From Polaromonas sp. (GTDB lineage: Bacteria; Pseudomonadota; Gammaproteobacteria; Burkholderiales; Burkholderiaceae_C): a stretch of 33,374 nucleotides of DNA. Both the position numbers and the translations under genes were made by a program. How positions within the stretch are numbered: position 1 is the stretch's first letter; each line of letters opens with the position of its first letter. The notes under the pieces were generated by a model. The model was not told where the DNA came from. It did not search any database and saw only the letters and a list, made by a program, of their open reading frames with translations. Of this stretch, positions 1 through 10,018 are shown piece by piece. Location of the stretch: NCBI GenBank assembly GCA_031419775.1, contig JANOLL010000451.1, positions 1 to 33,374 on the forward strand, read 5' to 3'.

Positions 1-2041
1 GCGGGTCCGGATAGTCAGGCACTTCACGGCCCTGCTTGCGGGCGATGTAAGTCGGAATCAATTCCATCGGGCCTGGCCGATACAGCGCATTCATGGCGAT
101 CAGGTCTTCGAGTCGGCTCGGTCGGGCGTCTTTGAGCATGCGCTGCATGCCGGGGCTTTCAAACTGGAACACGGCTTCGGTATCGCCCCGGGCAAACAAC
201 GCATAAACTTTGGCGTCACCCAGCGGCAGGTCTTCGAACTTGAAACCGCTTTGCGACGGATGCCGGGCAACAATCAAGTCCTTGGCCATCTCCAAAATCG
301 TCAGCGTGGCCAGTCCCAAAAAGTCGAATTTGACGAGACCAATGTCTTCCACATCGTCCTTGTCAAACTGGCTGACTGCAGAGCCACTGCCAGGCTGGGC
401 GTACAGGGGACAAAAATCGGTCAGCTTGCCCGGCGCGATCAGCACGCCCCCCGCGTGCATGCCGACGTTACGCGTGAGGCCTTCCAGTTTTCGCGCCAGT
501 GCCAGCAAAGTCGCCACATCCTCTTCCTTGCGCTCGCGTTCGGCAAGAATCGGTTCGGCCTCCAGCGCATAGACCAGCTTGTCGCTTTTGTCACGCCCTG
601 GGGGCGGAAGCTGTAGGGTCACCGCCTGACCCGGCTTGTTGGGTATCAGCTTGGATATGCCGTCGCAGAAACCGTAAGGAAAATCCAGCACGCGGCCGAC
701 GTCGCGAATGGCGGCGCGCGCGGCCAGGGTGCCGAAAGTCACGATCTGGCTGACCGCGTCGTGACCGTATTTGTCCTTCACATAGTCGATGACGCGGTCG
801 CGGTTGAGCTGGCAAAAATCAATGTCGAAGTCGGGCATGGACACCCGTTCGGGGTTGAGGAAACGCTCAAACAGCAGGTTGTACTGCAACGGATCCAGGT
901 CGGTGATTCGAAGTGAATAAGCCACCAGCGAGCCTGCGCCTGAGCCCCGGCCCGGACCCACCGGGCAGCCATTGTTTTTGGCCCAGTTGATGAAGTCACC
1001 CACAATCAGAAAATAGCCTGGGAACCCCATCTTGAGGATGGTGTTGATCTCAAATTCGAGCCGCTCCACATAGGCTGGCCGCTTGTCTGCCCGCACGGCC
1101 TCCGTTGGATAAAGATGCGCGAGGCGCTGCTCGAGTCCTTCGAACGATGCTTGCCTGAAGTACACATCAATCGGCATACGCACCCCATTGGCTTCGGGCG
1201 TGGGGTAGTCGGGCAGTCGAGGTTTGCCAAGCTCCAGCTTGAGGTTGCAGCGCCTGGCGATTTCGAGCGTGTTGGCCAGCGCCGACGGAATGTCCGCAAA
1301 CAGCTGTGCCATCTGGGCGCTGGACTTGAAATACTGCTCCCGCGTGAATTTACGGACGCGCCGCGCATTGCCCAGAATTTCGCCCTCGGCGATACACACT
1401 CTGGCTTCATGCGCCTCGTAATCGTCCGATGTTAAGAACTGCACTGGATGTGTCGCGACCACCGGCAATTTGAGTCTGGCAGCCAGCTGCACGGCCGCAG
1501 TGACGTGCCGGTCGTCGTCGGCCTGGTCCGCGCGCTGAAGCTCGAGGTAAAAGCGATGCGGGAAAACAGCGGCGAAACGCAGCGCGCACTCGAGCGCACG
1601 TGCGTCATCGCCCTGCACCAAGGCCTGGCCGACGGCGCCCCGCTGCGCGCCCGACAGTGCAATCAAACCCTCATTGAGTTCGCCCAGCCATTCCAGGCTG
1701 ATCACCGCCTGATCGCGCACCACCCCACGGGTCCATGCCCGCGTGAGCAGTTCAGACAAGTTGAGGTAACCGCGATGGCTTTGCGCCAGTAGCAACAGCC
1801 TGGCAGCCGGCGCGGCAGCGTCTTTTCCCGGCACCTGAACCCACACATCGGCCGCAATCAAAGGCTTGACGCCTGCACTCCGGGCCGCCTTGTAAAACTT
1901 GACGGCGCCAAACAGATTGCCCAGATCACTGATGGCCAGTGCGGGCTGCTGGTCGGCCGCCGCGGCGGCCACAATTTCATGGATACGGTTGGTGCCATCG
2001 ACAACTGAAAATTCGGTGTGAAGGCGCAGGTGAACAAACAT
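1..2041 (-). CDS. dnaE: DNA polymerase III alpha subunit (5' part; runs off the left edge)
   Basis: Absent from the ORF track because it has no stop in the window. Manual translation from ATG 2041 gives MFVHLRLHTEFSVVDG (PHP domain); GPGRGSGAGSLVA and GLVKFDFLGL were checked to be in the same frame, and RVSMPDFDIDF is also present. Confidence 0.97.
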   Translation of the reverse strand, partial: MFVHLRLHTEFSVVDGTNRIHEIVAAAAADQQPALAISDLGNLFGAVKFYKAARSAGVKPLIAADVWVQVPGKDAAAPAARLLLLAQSHRGYLNLSELLTRAWTRGVVRDQAVISLEWLGELNEGLIALSGAQRGAVGQALVQGDDARALECALRFAAVFPHRFYLELQRADQADDDRHVTAAVQLAARLKLPVVATHPVQFLTSDDYEAHEARVCIAEGEILGNARRVRKFTREQYFKSSAQMAQLFADIPSALANTLEIARRCNLKLELGKPRLPDYPTPEANGVRMPIDVYFRQASFEGLEQRLAHLYPTEAVRADKRPAYVERLEFEINTILKMGFPGYFLIVGDFINWAKNNGCPVGPGRGSGAGSLVAYSLRITDLDPLQYNLLFERFLNPERVSMPDFDIDFCQLNRDRVIDYVKDKYGHDAVSQIVTFGTLAARAAIRDVGRVLDFPYGFCDGISKLIPNKPGQAVTLQLPPPGRDKSDKLVYALEAEPILAERERKEEDVATLLALARKLEGLTRNVGMHAGGVLIAPGKLTDFCPLYAQPGSGSAVSQFDKDDVEDIGLVKFDFLGLATLTILEMAKDLIVARHPSQSGFKFEDLPLGDAKVYALFARGDTEAVFQFESPGMQRMLKDARPSRLEDLIAMNALYRPGPMELIPTYIARKQGREVPDYPDP

Positions 2042-2047
2042 CAACTC

Positions 2048-2053
2048 ATTTTA
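2048..2053 (-). promoter_or_regulatory. Putative sigma70 -10 box (TAAAAT) for dnaE, 6 nt before the ATG
   Basis: Plus-strand ATTTTA at 2048-2053; no Shine-Dalgarno before the ATG at 2041. Confidence 0.5.
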
Positions 2054-2086
2054 GGGCGACGTTTCTACCACCCCCGCAGCGCTGCC

Positions 2087-2092
2087 TACAAT
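2087..2092 (+). promoter_or_regulatory. Putative -10 box (TACAAT) for trhO
   Basis: TACAAT lies 10 nt before the ATG at 2103 in a 61-bp divergent intergenic region. Confidence 0.45.
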
Positions 2093-2102
2093 TGACCGCA
2101 TC

Positions 2103-2864
2103 ATGCCGATTTTGAATATTGCTGCCTATAAATTCATCACTTTGGACTGCCTGCCCGAGCTGCAGGCCACTGTGCGGGACGCCGCGCGCCAGCAGGGTCT
2201 TAAAGGCACGGTGCTGCTGGCAGAAGAAGGTATCAACCTGTTTCTTGCAGGCCCGGCTGACAACGTTCATGCTTTTTTAAACTGGTTGCAGCGGGACGAT
2301 CGACTGGCTGATCTGGACACCAAAGAAAGCATCTCCCCGGAACAGCCTTTTCGCAAGCTGCTGGTCAAAATTAAGCCCGAAATCATCCGGATGAATCACC
2401 CGGCGATTCAACCTGCAGCAGGCCGCGCGCCGGCCATTGATGCGCATACGCTCAAGCGCTGGCTGGACGCCGGCCACGATGATGCCGGCCGACCGGTGGT
2501 CACACTCGATACCCGCAATGATTTTGAAGTCGATGTCGGCACCTTTAAAAACGCCATCGACTGGCGCATCACTTGTTTCAGCCAGTTCCCTCAATCGCTG
2601 CAGACGCATCGTGCGGACCTGCGCGACAAGACCGTGGTCAGTTTTTGTACCGGTGGCATCCGCTGCGAAAAAGCAGCCCTCTACATGCACGAAGCCGGTG
2701 TGCAAAATGTCTACCAACTGGACGGCGGCATCCTGAAATACTTCGAGCTCAGTGGACCGGCCCATTTCGAGGGCCACTGTTTTGTCTTTGACCAGCGCCG
2801 CGCATTGGATCCTGCGCTACGACCTAAAGTGAGCGACGCAATCGACCAGGCCATTCAAACCTGA
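2103..2864 (+). CDS. trhO: Rhodanese-domain tRNA uridine(34) hydroxylase TrhO/YceA (UPF0176) family
   Basis: AAYKF, LKGTVLLAEEGIN, LDTRNDFEVDVGTF, SFCTGGIRCEKA, QLDGGILKYFE, CFVFDQR. Confidence 0.85.
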   Translation: MPILNIAAYKFITLDCLPELQATVRDAARQQGLKGTVLLAEEGINLFLAGPADNVHAFLNWLQRDDRLADLDTKESISPEQPFRKLLVKIKPEIIRMNHPAIQPAAGRAPAIDAHTLKRWLDAGHDDAGRPVVTLDTRNDFEVDVGTFKNAIDWRITCFSQFPQSLQTHRADLRDKTVVSFCTGGIRCEKAALYMHEAGVQNVYQLDGGILKYFELSGPAHFEGHCFVFDQRRALDPALRPKVSDAIDQAIQT

Positions 2865-2865
2865 T

Positions 2866-3741
2866 TCAGGCTTTTGCTTCAGGCAGCGGAATGAATTCGG
2901 TCTCGCCAGGAACCTGTCCCATGGTCTGGGCACGCCACGCCGCAGACGCCTGAACGATACGGTCTTTTCGGCTGGACACAAAGTTCCACCAGATCGAGCG
3001 ATGACCGTCGAGCCCTTGGCCGCCCAGCACCATCAGCCGGGCTGACGCTGCGCTATGGATGCGCGAGGTCTGATCAGGCGTCAGCAATACCAGCGTATGG
3101 GCAGCGACGTGAGTGCCATCCACTTGAATGTCGCTATCGACTGAGTACAGTGCCAGTTCATCTGCCAGCGGCGGCAACCCAAAGCTGCCTGCTGCGGGCA
3201 ACTGCACATCGAGGTAGAGGGTGGGGGAAAATGTTTTGACGGGCGAGCGCTCGCCATAAGCTTGTCCAATCAGTACCCGCACCGTGGCATCGTCCACCGA
3301 GAGCACCGGGAGGTCCGCAGCGGGCGTGTGCTCAAAAGCCGGCTCGACTTCTTCGTCGGCCACGGGCAAGGCGGCCCACAGCTGAATGCCATGGTTGACA
3401 TAGGCCTGGCTCGCCAATTCCCTGGGCCCACGCTCCGAATGCACAATGCCGCGCCCAGCGGTCATCCAATTGATGGCGCCGGGCGCGATGCACTGGGAAG
3501 AACCCAGGCTGTCGCGGTGCATGATCGCGCCTTCAAAAAGATAAGTCACGGTGGCCAGGCCAATATGCGGGTGCGGCCGGACATCGTGGCTCTGCCCAGG
3601 CTGCACCGTCACCGGGCCAAAATGGTCAAAAAAGACAAAGGGGCCGACTGCCTGCCTTTGCGCAGCCGGAAGCAGGCGGCGCACTAGAAAACCGCCCCCC
3701 AGATCCTTCATCTGACCCGTCAGGGTGAGTTGCACCGTCAT
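2866..3741 (-). CDS. Pirin family protein
   Basis: VGPFVFFDHFGP, PHPHIGLATVTY, WMTAGRGIVHSE, WWNFVSS. Start set to ATG 3741, which forms an ATGA overlap with the OsmC stop. Confidence 0.92.
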   Translation of the reverse strand: MTVQLTLTGQMKDLGGGFLVRRLLPAAQRQAVGPFVFFDHFGPVTVQPGQSHDVRPHPHIGLATVTYLFEGAIMHRDSLGSSQCIAPGAINWMTAGRGIVHSERGPRELASQAYVNHGIQLWAALPVADEEVEPAFEHTPAADLPVLSVDDATVRVLIGQAYGERSPVKTFSPTLYLDVQLPAAGSFGLPPLADELALYSVDSDIQVDGTHVAAHTLVLLTPDQTSRIHSAASARLMVLGGQGLDGHRSIWWNFVSSRKDRIVQASAAWRAQTMGQVPGETEFIPLPEAKA

Positions 3742-4145
3742 GGCATCCGCTCTACGGTGGTGGTGATGTCCGTGGTCACTGAAGTCATCAATTTGTGTAC
3801 CGGGCATTTTCCGGCCACGGTGGCAAGCTCCTGCAATTGCGCATCGGTCAACGCACCACTGATCTGAAGCCGCGCGGTGAGGCGATAGGTTCCGGCGCGC
3901 TCCTGGGCATCATCTCGATCGACCAGCGTGTGAATCTGCTCGACCGGAAACGCTTTTTTGCGTGCGTACCACATCACGGTTACCGCTTTGCAGGCAGCCA
4001 GGGCGGCGTCATACAAGTCATGCGGGCTGGGGCCTGCATCGTCGCCGCCTTCAGCCAGGCTGGCGTCCGTGAGCAAGTGGTGCTGACGAACCCGAACCGC
4101 CTGGGCCAATGGAAATCCTGCTTCACGTTCCAGTTCAATTGCCAT
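3738..4145 (-). CDS. OsmC/YhfA family protein
   Basis: GGDDAGPSPHDLYDAALAAC and KCPVHKL give the two conserved cysteines. Confidence 0.9.
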   Translation of the reverse strand: MAIELEREAGFPLAQAVRVRQHHLLTDASLAEGGDDAGPSPHDLYDAALAACKAVTVMWYARKKAFPVEQIHTLVDRDDAQERAGTYRLTARLQISGALTDAQLQELATVAGKCPVHKLMTSVTTDITTTVERMP

Positions 4146-4198
4146 ACCCGTTGCTCCTGAAGAATGGGGCTCAATAACTAGCCGGGCTGCGTCGAGTG

Positions 4199-4753
4199 TC
4201 AGCGTTTGAATTTGTCCGCAGCCGCTGCAACCCGCTGGCCAAATTGGCGCGCGGTATCGAGGTCGCCGGCAAACATGTCGGTCGCTCCGCCATCTGAAGG
4301 CGACTGCGCCATGGCGCCCGCAAAGGATCCCAGGTAGTTCACATCATTGCGCTGCGCCGCCTTGCTGTTGCTCGGCATCATGCCAGAACCCACCCAGAAG
4401 CCGCTGTGCTGCATGGCCAAGGTGAACAAGTAATGCAATGTTGAATGCTTGTCACCGTTGACGCTGGCGCTGTTGGTGAAACCTGCAAACAGCTTGTCTT
4501 TCCAGACCTGCGAAAACCAGGGCTTGGAAGACGCGTCGGCAAACTTCTTGAACTGCCAGCTGACGCTACCCATGTAAGTCGGTGAGCCCATGATGATGGC
4601 GTCTGCTGCAGCCAGCGTATCCCATGCGCCTTCGGGTAGATTGCCTTCGGCATCGATAGCCACCAGCTCGGCGCCCGCGCCTTCGGCCACTGCCTGGGCC
4701 ATGCGCTGGGTATGCCCGTAACCCGAATGGTAAACAACAGCGATCTTTGACAT
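4199..4753 (-). CDS. Flavodoxin-fold WrbA-like NAD(P)H-dependent FMN oxidoreductase
   Basis: VYHSGYGHT FMN loop, GSPTYMG, GFTNSASVNGDK. Confidence 0.88.
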   Translation of the reverse strand: MSKIAVVYHSGYGHTQRMAQAVAEGAGAELVAIDAEGNLPEGAWDTLAAADAIIMGSPTYMGSVSWQFKKFADASSKPWFSQVWKDKLFAGFTNSASVNGDKHSTLHYLFTLAMQHSGFWVGSGMMPSNSKAAQRNDVNYLGSFAGAMAQSPSDGGATDMFAGDLDTARQFGQRVAAAADKFKR

Positions 4754-4798
4754 CAAAATAGTCCTTGAGAGTTAGAAAGGGTTAAAGAAAAAGACAAA

Positions 4799-5209
4799 TC
4801 AGGCGCCGCGTTTGGCATCAAAACTCCAAGCTCCGGCACCCCAGGCGGCTACCGTGAGCAGGCCACCGACCACCGCGATGTTCTTGAAGAAGGCTTGCTG
4901 CTGCTGAACCATTTGCGCGGCCGGAACGTCCCAGAAGCGATGGAAGATGAATGTGATGACGACTGTGAACAAGGCGATTCCCAGTGCCGCCCAACGTGCC
5001 TGAAAGCCCACCAGCAACATAAAACCCAGGCCCACCTCAATGACGATTGCCGCGGCCGCTGCCAGCTCTGGAAAGGGAATACCACTTGAGGCAATGTAGC
5101 CAACCGTTCCGGCAAAACCACTGATCTTTCCGACCCCGGCCGGTATGAAGAGCAGCGCCAGCAAAACGCGACCGATAAAGCTGAAGGGGTGTTGGAGAGT
5201 ATTCAACAT
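4799..5209 (-). CDS. DoxX family membrane protein
   Basis: GRVLLALLFIPAGVGKI, four hydrophobic segments, FHRFW, FFKNIAVVGGLL. Confidence 0.88.
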   Translation of the reverse strand: MLNTLQHPFSFIGRVLLALLFIPAGVGKISGFAGTVGYIASSGIPFPELAAAAAIVIEVGLGFMLLVGFQARWAALGIALFTVVITFIFHRFWDVPAAQMVQQQQAFFKNIAVVGGLLTVAAWGAGAWSFDAKRGA

Positions 5210-5263
5210 AAAAGTTTCCTTAGTGGGTAGGCGATGTTGGTTACGGAAGCGAGGCTCCTGCCA

Positions 5264-5965
5264 TCAGGCTGCGAGGTCAAACACCAGCACCTCAGCGTCC
5301 TTGCCCGCGCGAAGTTGCAGACTGGTTTCAGCTTGCAGCATGGCGGCATCGCCCTGAGCCAGCATCTGCCCATTGACCTCCAGTTGCCCGCGTGCCAGAT
5401 GAACGTAGATTTTTCGTTCGGGACTCAGAGGCAGCGTCGCGCTCTCGGCTCCGTCCAGCAATCCCGCGTACAACCTGGCATCGGCATGCACCGTGACCGA
5501 TCCCGACGCGCCATCGGGCGATGCCACCAGCCGGAGCATTCCGCGTTTTTCCTGCGCCAAAAAAGTCTTCTGCTCATAGCTGGGGGGTATGCCCGTCACG
5601 TTCGGTTCCATCCATATCTGCAAAAAATGCGTCAGCTGACCTGGCGCGTGGTTGAACTCGCTGTGCTGGACCCCGGTACCCGCGCTCATGCGCTGCACAT
5701 CGCCGGGCGGAATTCCCTTGACATTGCCCATGCTGTCTTTGTGCGCCAGTTCGCCGCTGAGCACATAGCTGATGATTTCCATGTCTCGATGACCATGCGT
5801 GCCAAATCCTGTACCCGGGGCAATCCGGTCTTCATTGATGACACGCAGGTTGCCAAAACCCATGTGATCCGGATCGTAGTAGCCGGCAAACGAAAACGAG
5901 TGAAAAGACTTGAGCCAGCCGTGGTCAGCATAGCCACGCTCGGCAGAGGGACGCAAACTCATCAT
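5264..5965 (-). CDS. Pirin family protein (YhhW-like)
   Basis: HGWLKSFHSFSFAGYYDP, LRVINEDRI, GFGTHGHRDMEI, MSAGTGVQHSE. Confidence 0.93.
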   Translation of the reverse strand: MMSLRPSAERGYADHGWLKSFHSFSFAGYYDPDHMGFGNLRVINEDRIAPGTGFGTHGHRDMEIISYVLSGELAHKDSMGNVKGIPPGDVQRMSAGTGVQHSEFNHAPGQLTHFLQIWMEPNVTGIPPSYEQKTFLAQEKRGMLRLVASPDGASGSVTVHADARLYAGLLDGAESATLPLSPERKIYVHLARGQLEVNGQMLAQGDAAMLQAETSLQLRAGKDAEVLVFDLAA

Positions 5966-6090
5966 TGCTGCAACCTTTCAAATACGCTGTTGATACTGTG
6001 TCAACACTCGGGGGCGCTGTGCACAGCGAGTGGATGCAATGAATGTAGGCCCGTAGCCCGGCCTGGCGATGGCCGCGATTTGATGGCATC

Positions 6091-6107
6091 ATTCAAAATA
6101 TTTGAAT
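6091..6107. promoter_or_regulatory. LysR-type binding site ATTCAAA-ATA-TTTGAAT (contains T-N11-A)
   Basis: Perfect 7-bp inverted repeat 13 bp upstream of the LysR ATG, between divergent genes. Confidence 0.7.
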
Positions 6108-6120
6108 TAATCAATCCAGT

Positions 6121-7068
6121 ATGGCCGTTTCAGAACTGCGCGATGTGCTCACCCCGGGCGCCTTGGGGCTGATAGACGCCGTCCACCGTAACGGCAGCAT
6201 GGCCGCCGCGGCCCGAGAATTGGGGGTCGTCCCGAGCGCCCTGACCTACCGCATCCGGCAGGTCGAAGATGCGCTGGACGTGCTGCTGTTTGACCGTTCT
6301 TCAAGGCAAGCCAGGTTGACCGTGGCCGGAAAAGAATTGCTGCGCGAGGGCAACCGGCTGCTGGGCGAACTCGATGCGGTGGCCCATCGCGTCAAACGCA
6401 TCGCCACCGGATGGGAACCGCAACTGACGCTGGCAGTGGACAGCATCATTTCGCGCAGCACGATCATGGAGCTATGCAGCGCGTTTTTTGACCTGGCGCC
6501 GCCGACACGTCTGAAGATTCGCGAAGAAGCGCTGTCCGGCACGCTACAGGCCTTGACGTCAGGACAGGCCGATCTGGCTATTGGCGTCGCGCTGGAGCCT
6601 GGCAGCAGCCGGGCCCTGCGCAGCAAGTCACTGGGCAACCTGCCTTTTGTTTATGCGGTAGCGCCTGGCCATCCACTGGCGAAAGCCGCGGCACCGATCA
6701 GCGACGACCTGATGCGCCAGTACCGGGTGGTGGCGGTGGCTGACTCGGTGCAGCGCGGGGGAGGCATCACGGTGGGGCTGCTGGGCGGACAGGACGTCTT
6801 CACTGTGCCGGGCATGCTGGCCAAACTCGATGCCCAATTGCGGGGCCTGGGCGTGGGATTTTTGCCAGAGTACCTGGCCCGGCCGCATATCGAAGCCGGC
6901 AGACTGATTGAAAAGTCGGTTGCCCAGCCTCCACGGCTGGGGCAACTCAGTTACGCATGGCACGACAGCAGCGGCAGCGAGCCAGGACGCGCCCTGCAAT
7001 GGTGGCTCCAACAGCTTGACCATGGCACCACTCGGCGTGCCTTGCTGGAGCGTCCAAAAAATACTTGA
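6121..7068 (+). CDS. LysR family regulator (YhaJ-like), divergent from the pirin operon
   Basis: HTH GSMAAAARELGVVPSALTYRIRQVEDALDVLLFDRSSR, then GWEPQLTLAVD. Confidence 0.92.
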   Translation: MAVSELRDVLTPGALGLIDAVHRNGSMAAAARELGVVPSALTYRIRQVEDALDVLLFDRSSRQARLTVAGKELLREGNRLLGELDAVAHRVKRIATGWEPQLTLAVDSIISRSTIMELCSAFFDLAPPTRLKIREEALSGTLQALTSGQADLAIGVALEPGSSRALRSKSLGNLPFVYAVAPGHPLAKAAAPISDDLMRQYRVVAVADSVQRGGGITVGLLGGQDVFTVPGMLAKLDAQLRGLGVGFLPEYLARPHIEAGRLIEKSVAQPPRLGQLSYAWHDSSGSEPGRALQWWLQQLDHGTTRRALLERPKNT

Positions 7069-7137
7069 AAATCATTTCGCAAGGCGCCTCACACGGCTGC
7101 GTGTAGAGTCGATTCACGAAAGGGCCACAATCGGCTG

Positions 7138-8283
7138 ATGCCGACGGCCTTCGTGGCGCACACATTCACGATAAAAAAGTACAAAGACATGGTCAAAAAA
7201 TCCAGTATCGCTCCATCTCCAGCTTCAGCATCTGACAGAAAATCCGACACGCGCCGGGTTGCCGTCATCGGTGCCGGCATAGCGGGTATTGCCTGCGCAC
7301 GCACACTGATGCAGGCCGGGCACGAGGTGACAGTCTTTGAAAAAAGTCGCGGTGCCGGAGGCCGCATGTCGACCCGCCAGACCGAGTTTGGAAGCTTCGA
7401 CCATGGCGCTCAATATTTCACAGTGCGTGATGCCCGCTTTGAGCGCGCCCTGGCGACTGCCTCCGGACTGGTGCGCCCGTGGAGCGCCAACACGGTCCGC
7501 ATTCTTGACGAGCTGGGCCGGGTGGTGGCATCTGCACTGCCACCTAAAGAGGCCCATTGGGTGGCAACGCCCGGCATGAATGCACTGGTCAGGCAATGGG
7601 CCCAACCGCTTGTTGATACTGGCAGGCTGATGTTGGAGACCGAGGTCATCCGACTGGAGCCGGACAAGCTCAGCCCGAAACGCTGGCAGCTCCAGACTGA
7701 AGGACCCGGTGCCAGCCGCCGGGTGCACTCCGGCTTTGACGCCGTCATTCTGGCGCTGCCTTCAGTGCAGGTGCAGGCCCTGCTGGTCAGTTCGCAACTC
7801 GGCAAATCACTGCTCGCAGCGATGGGCGACGTCAGTGTGGCGCCTTGCTGGACGCTGATGCTGGCGTTTCCGCAGGCTGTGCAGCCCAATCTGCCGCACA
7901 TCGGCCCGCACTGGAACGCTGCACGCAGTACCCACCACCGTATTGCCTGGCTGGCGCGCGAATCGTCCAAGCCGGGCCGCGGCCCGATCGAACGCTGGAC
8001 CGTGCAGGCCAGCCCGGAATGGTCACAACGCCATCTCGAGGACGACGACGAACGGGTCAAGGCCAAACTGCTCAAGGCCTTTACCGAAGTCACCGGCATC
8101 CGTGCCGAACCGCCACATGCCGCTGTGCACCGTTGGCGTTATGCGCAAACCACCCAGCCATTGGGCCAAAGCCATCTGTGGGATGCCAGGTCCGGCCTGG
8201 GAGCCTGCGGCGACTGGTGTCTGGGGCATCGGGTCGAAAACGGCTTTGTCTCCGGTCTTGAAATGGCACTGGCTACGCTGTAG
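7138..8283 (+). CDS. Renalase-like NAD(P)/FAD-dependent oxidoreductase
   Basis: [45 protein letters not shown]. Start is 7138 or 7189. Confidence 0.88.
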   Translation: MPTAFVAHTFTIKKYKDMVKKSSIAPSPASASDRKSDTRRVAVIGAGIAGIACARTLMQAGHEVTVFEKSRGAGGRMSTRQTEFGSFDHGAQYFTVRDARFERALATASGLVRPWSANTVRILDELGRVVASALPPKEAHWVATPGMNALVRQWAQPLVDTGRLMLETEVIRLEPDKLSPKRWQLQTEGPGASRRVHSGFDAVILALPSVQVQALLVSSQLGKSLLAAMGDVSVAPCWTLMLAFPQAVQPNLPHIGPHWNAARSTHHRIAWLARESSKPGRGPIERWTVQASPEWSQRHLEDDDERVKAKLLKAFTEVTGIRAEPPHAAVHRWRYAQTTQPLGQSHLWDARSGLGACGDWCLGHRVENGFVSGLEMALATL

Positions 8284-8306
8284 GCATAGACTCGAATAGT
8301 TTAGGC

Positions 8307-9296
8307 TTGACGCCCCCCGCAAGCAGCCCCTACAGAGGACGCTTTGCGCCCTCACCGACCGGCCCGCTTCATGCTGGCTCACTGGTCGCAGCGTTGGCCA
8401 GCTGGCTGGATGCGCGCGCCCACGGCGGCGCCTGGCTGGTACGTATCGAAGACGTCGATACGCCCCGCTGTGTGCCTGGCGCTGACCGGCTGATCCTTGC
8501 GCAACTGGCGGCTGTTGGCCTGCAACCCGACGAGCCGCCTGTGTACCAATCGCAGCGTAGCGCGCACTACCAGACTGCGCTGAATCAGCTTGTGAACAGC
8601 GGTTGGGCCTATCCCTGCGCCTGCACCCGAAAGCAGATCACGCAGGCCCTCGGGGCTTCAGGGCAGCCCCACGCTCGGCACGACGAACTGGTGTACCCCG
8701 GTACCTGTCGCCAGGGCCTGAACGGACAAGCCGCGCGGGCGTGGCGGCTGAACACCGACATTTATGATCCAAATCAAGCTTTAGCTCCCGTCAATACTAG
8801 TCAATATGCTATTGATTTAGTAGCAAACCAGTCCCATGCGAATTCCAATCTCGCGAGTGAGGTGATCTGGCACGACCGCCAGCTTGGTCGCCAATCGCAA
8901 GATGTCGGCCGGGCAGTCGGCGACTTTGTGCTCAAGCGCGCCGACGGCTTGTGGGCCTACCAGTTGGCAGTCGTGGTCGACGATGCGGCTCAGGGTATCA
9001 CGCACGTTGTGCGGGGGCAGGATCTGGCCGACAACACACCCCGGCAAATCAAGCTGCAGCGGGCCCTGGGTTTGACTTCGGTGACCTATCTGCACACGCC
9101 GCTTGTGCTGGCTCCTGACGGTGAAAAGTTGTCCAAGCAAAATGGCGCGCAGGCGCTGGACACTTCAGATCCGGTGGAGACCCTGTCGCTAGCCGGTCAG
9201 GTATTGGAGATTGATTGCGCAGCGGCGACAACAGCAGACTGGTTGCGCTGGGCGGTGTCGGAGTGGGCTGACCGGCACCTTAAAATCAAACCGTGA
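8307..9296 (+). CDS. gluQ: Glutamyl-Q tRNA(Asp) synthetase
   Basis: [43 protein letters not shown]; no anticodon-binding domain. Confidence 0.94.
   Translation: MTPPASSPYRGRFAPSPTGPLHAGSLVAALASWLDARAHGGAWLVRIEDVDTPRCVPGADRLILAQLAAVGLQPDEPPVYQSQRSAHYQTALNQLVNSGWAYPCACTRKQITQALGASGQPHARHDELVYPGTCRQGLNGQAARAWRLNTDIYDPNQALAPVNTSQYAIDLVANQSHANSNLASEVIWHDRQLGRQSQDVGRAVGDFVLKRADGLWAYQLAVVVDDAAQGITHVVRGQDLADNTPRQIKLQRALGLTSVTYLHTPLVLAPDGEKLSKQNGAQALDTSDPVETLSLAGQVLEIDCAAATTADWLRWAVSEWADRHLKIKP
8761..8825 (+). repeat. AT-rich, repeat-like element ending in an imperfect palindrome (TGCTATTGATTTAGTAGCA), in frame within gluQ
   Basis: Sharp local drop in GC that coincides with extra residues. It resembles a short dispersed repeat I recall from Comamonadaceae intergenic regions. 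Only one copy occurs here, so repeat status is unverified. Confidence 0.5.
9281..9286 (+). promoter_or_regulatory. Putative -10 box (TAAAAT) 6 nt before the trmB GTG, inside the gluQ 3' end
   Basis: TAAAAT-CAAACC-GTG. Confidence 0.45.
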
Positions 9297-10003
9297 CCCA
9301 CCCACCCATCCCCGAAAGCGCGCCTGCCCAGCGCACCATCCGCAGCTTTGTACGTCGCACCGGTCGCACCACCGCCGGACAAGCCAAAGCGTTTGCCGAT
9401 GTAGGTCCACAGTACCTGGTGCCGTTTTCCGCCAGCCCACTCGATCTTGCGGCTTTGTTTCAGCGTCCAGCGCCCACAGTCCTTGAAATTGGCTTCGGTA
9501 TGGGAGAGGCCACCGCACACATTGCAGCGCTGATGCCTGAGACCAACTTTTTGTGCTGCGAAGTCCACACGCCCGGCGTGGGCGCACTGCTCAAACGCAT
9601 CGAAGAGCAGTCGCTGACCAATATTCGCATCATTCAACATGATGCGGTGGAGGTCATGAACCAGATGCTGGCCCCCGGAAGCCTGGATGGTGTGCACATC
9701 TTTTTCCCGGACCCGTGGCACAAGAAAAAACACAACAAGCGCCGATTGATCCAGCCACAGCTGATCACCCAACTCGCTAGCCGACTGAAACCAGGCGCTT
9801 ACCTGCACTGCGCGACCGACTGGCAAGCTTATGCCGAACAGATTCTTGAAGTCTTGAGCGCCGAAGCGATGCTGAAAAACACTGTCAAAGGCGCTGACGG
9901 CGGCTTCGCGCCCAAACCCGCCTACCGGCCTCTGACCAAATTTGAAAACCGGGGCATTCGGCTGGGCCACGGGGTTTGGGATGTGGTGTTCACACGTGTT
10001 TGA
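9293..10003 (+). CDS. trmB: tRNA (guanine(46)-N7)-methyltransferase
   Basis: [52 protein letters not shown]. Confidence 0.97.
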   Translation: MTHPPIPESAPAQRTIRSFVRRTGRTTAGQAKAFADVGPQYLVPFSASPLDLAALFQRPAPTVLEIGFGMGEATAHIAALMPETNFLCCEVHTPGVGALLKRIEEQSLTNIRIIQHDAVEVMNQMLAPGSLDGVHIFFPDPWHKKKHNKRRLIQPQLITQLASRLKPGAYLHCATDWQAYAEQILEVLSAEAMLKNTVKGADGGFAPKPAYRPLTKFENRGIRLGHGVWDVVFTRV

Positions 10004-10018
10004 TCGGTTTCGCCCGCG

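Noticed and set aside
210-1792. Plus-strand and short ORFs over dnaE
   Set aside because: Antisense or off-frame shadows of the open dnaE frame in GC-rich DNA; no motifs.
3742-3807. His-rich N-terminal extension of the pirin ORF (HGHHHHRR)
   Set aside because: It is an alternative reading of the OsmC 3' end; the ATGA overlap points to a start at 3741.
5234-6172. 312-aa plus-strand ORF
   Set aside because: Antisense to the well-supported pirin gene, with no recognisable domain.
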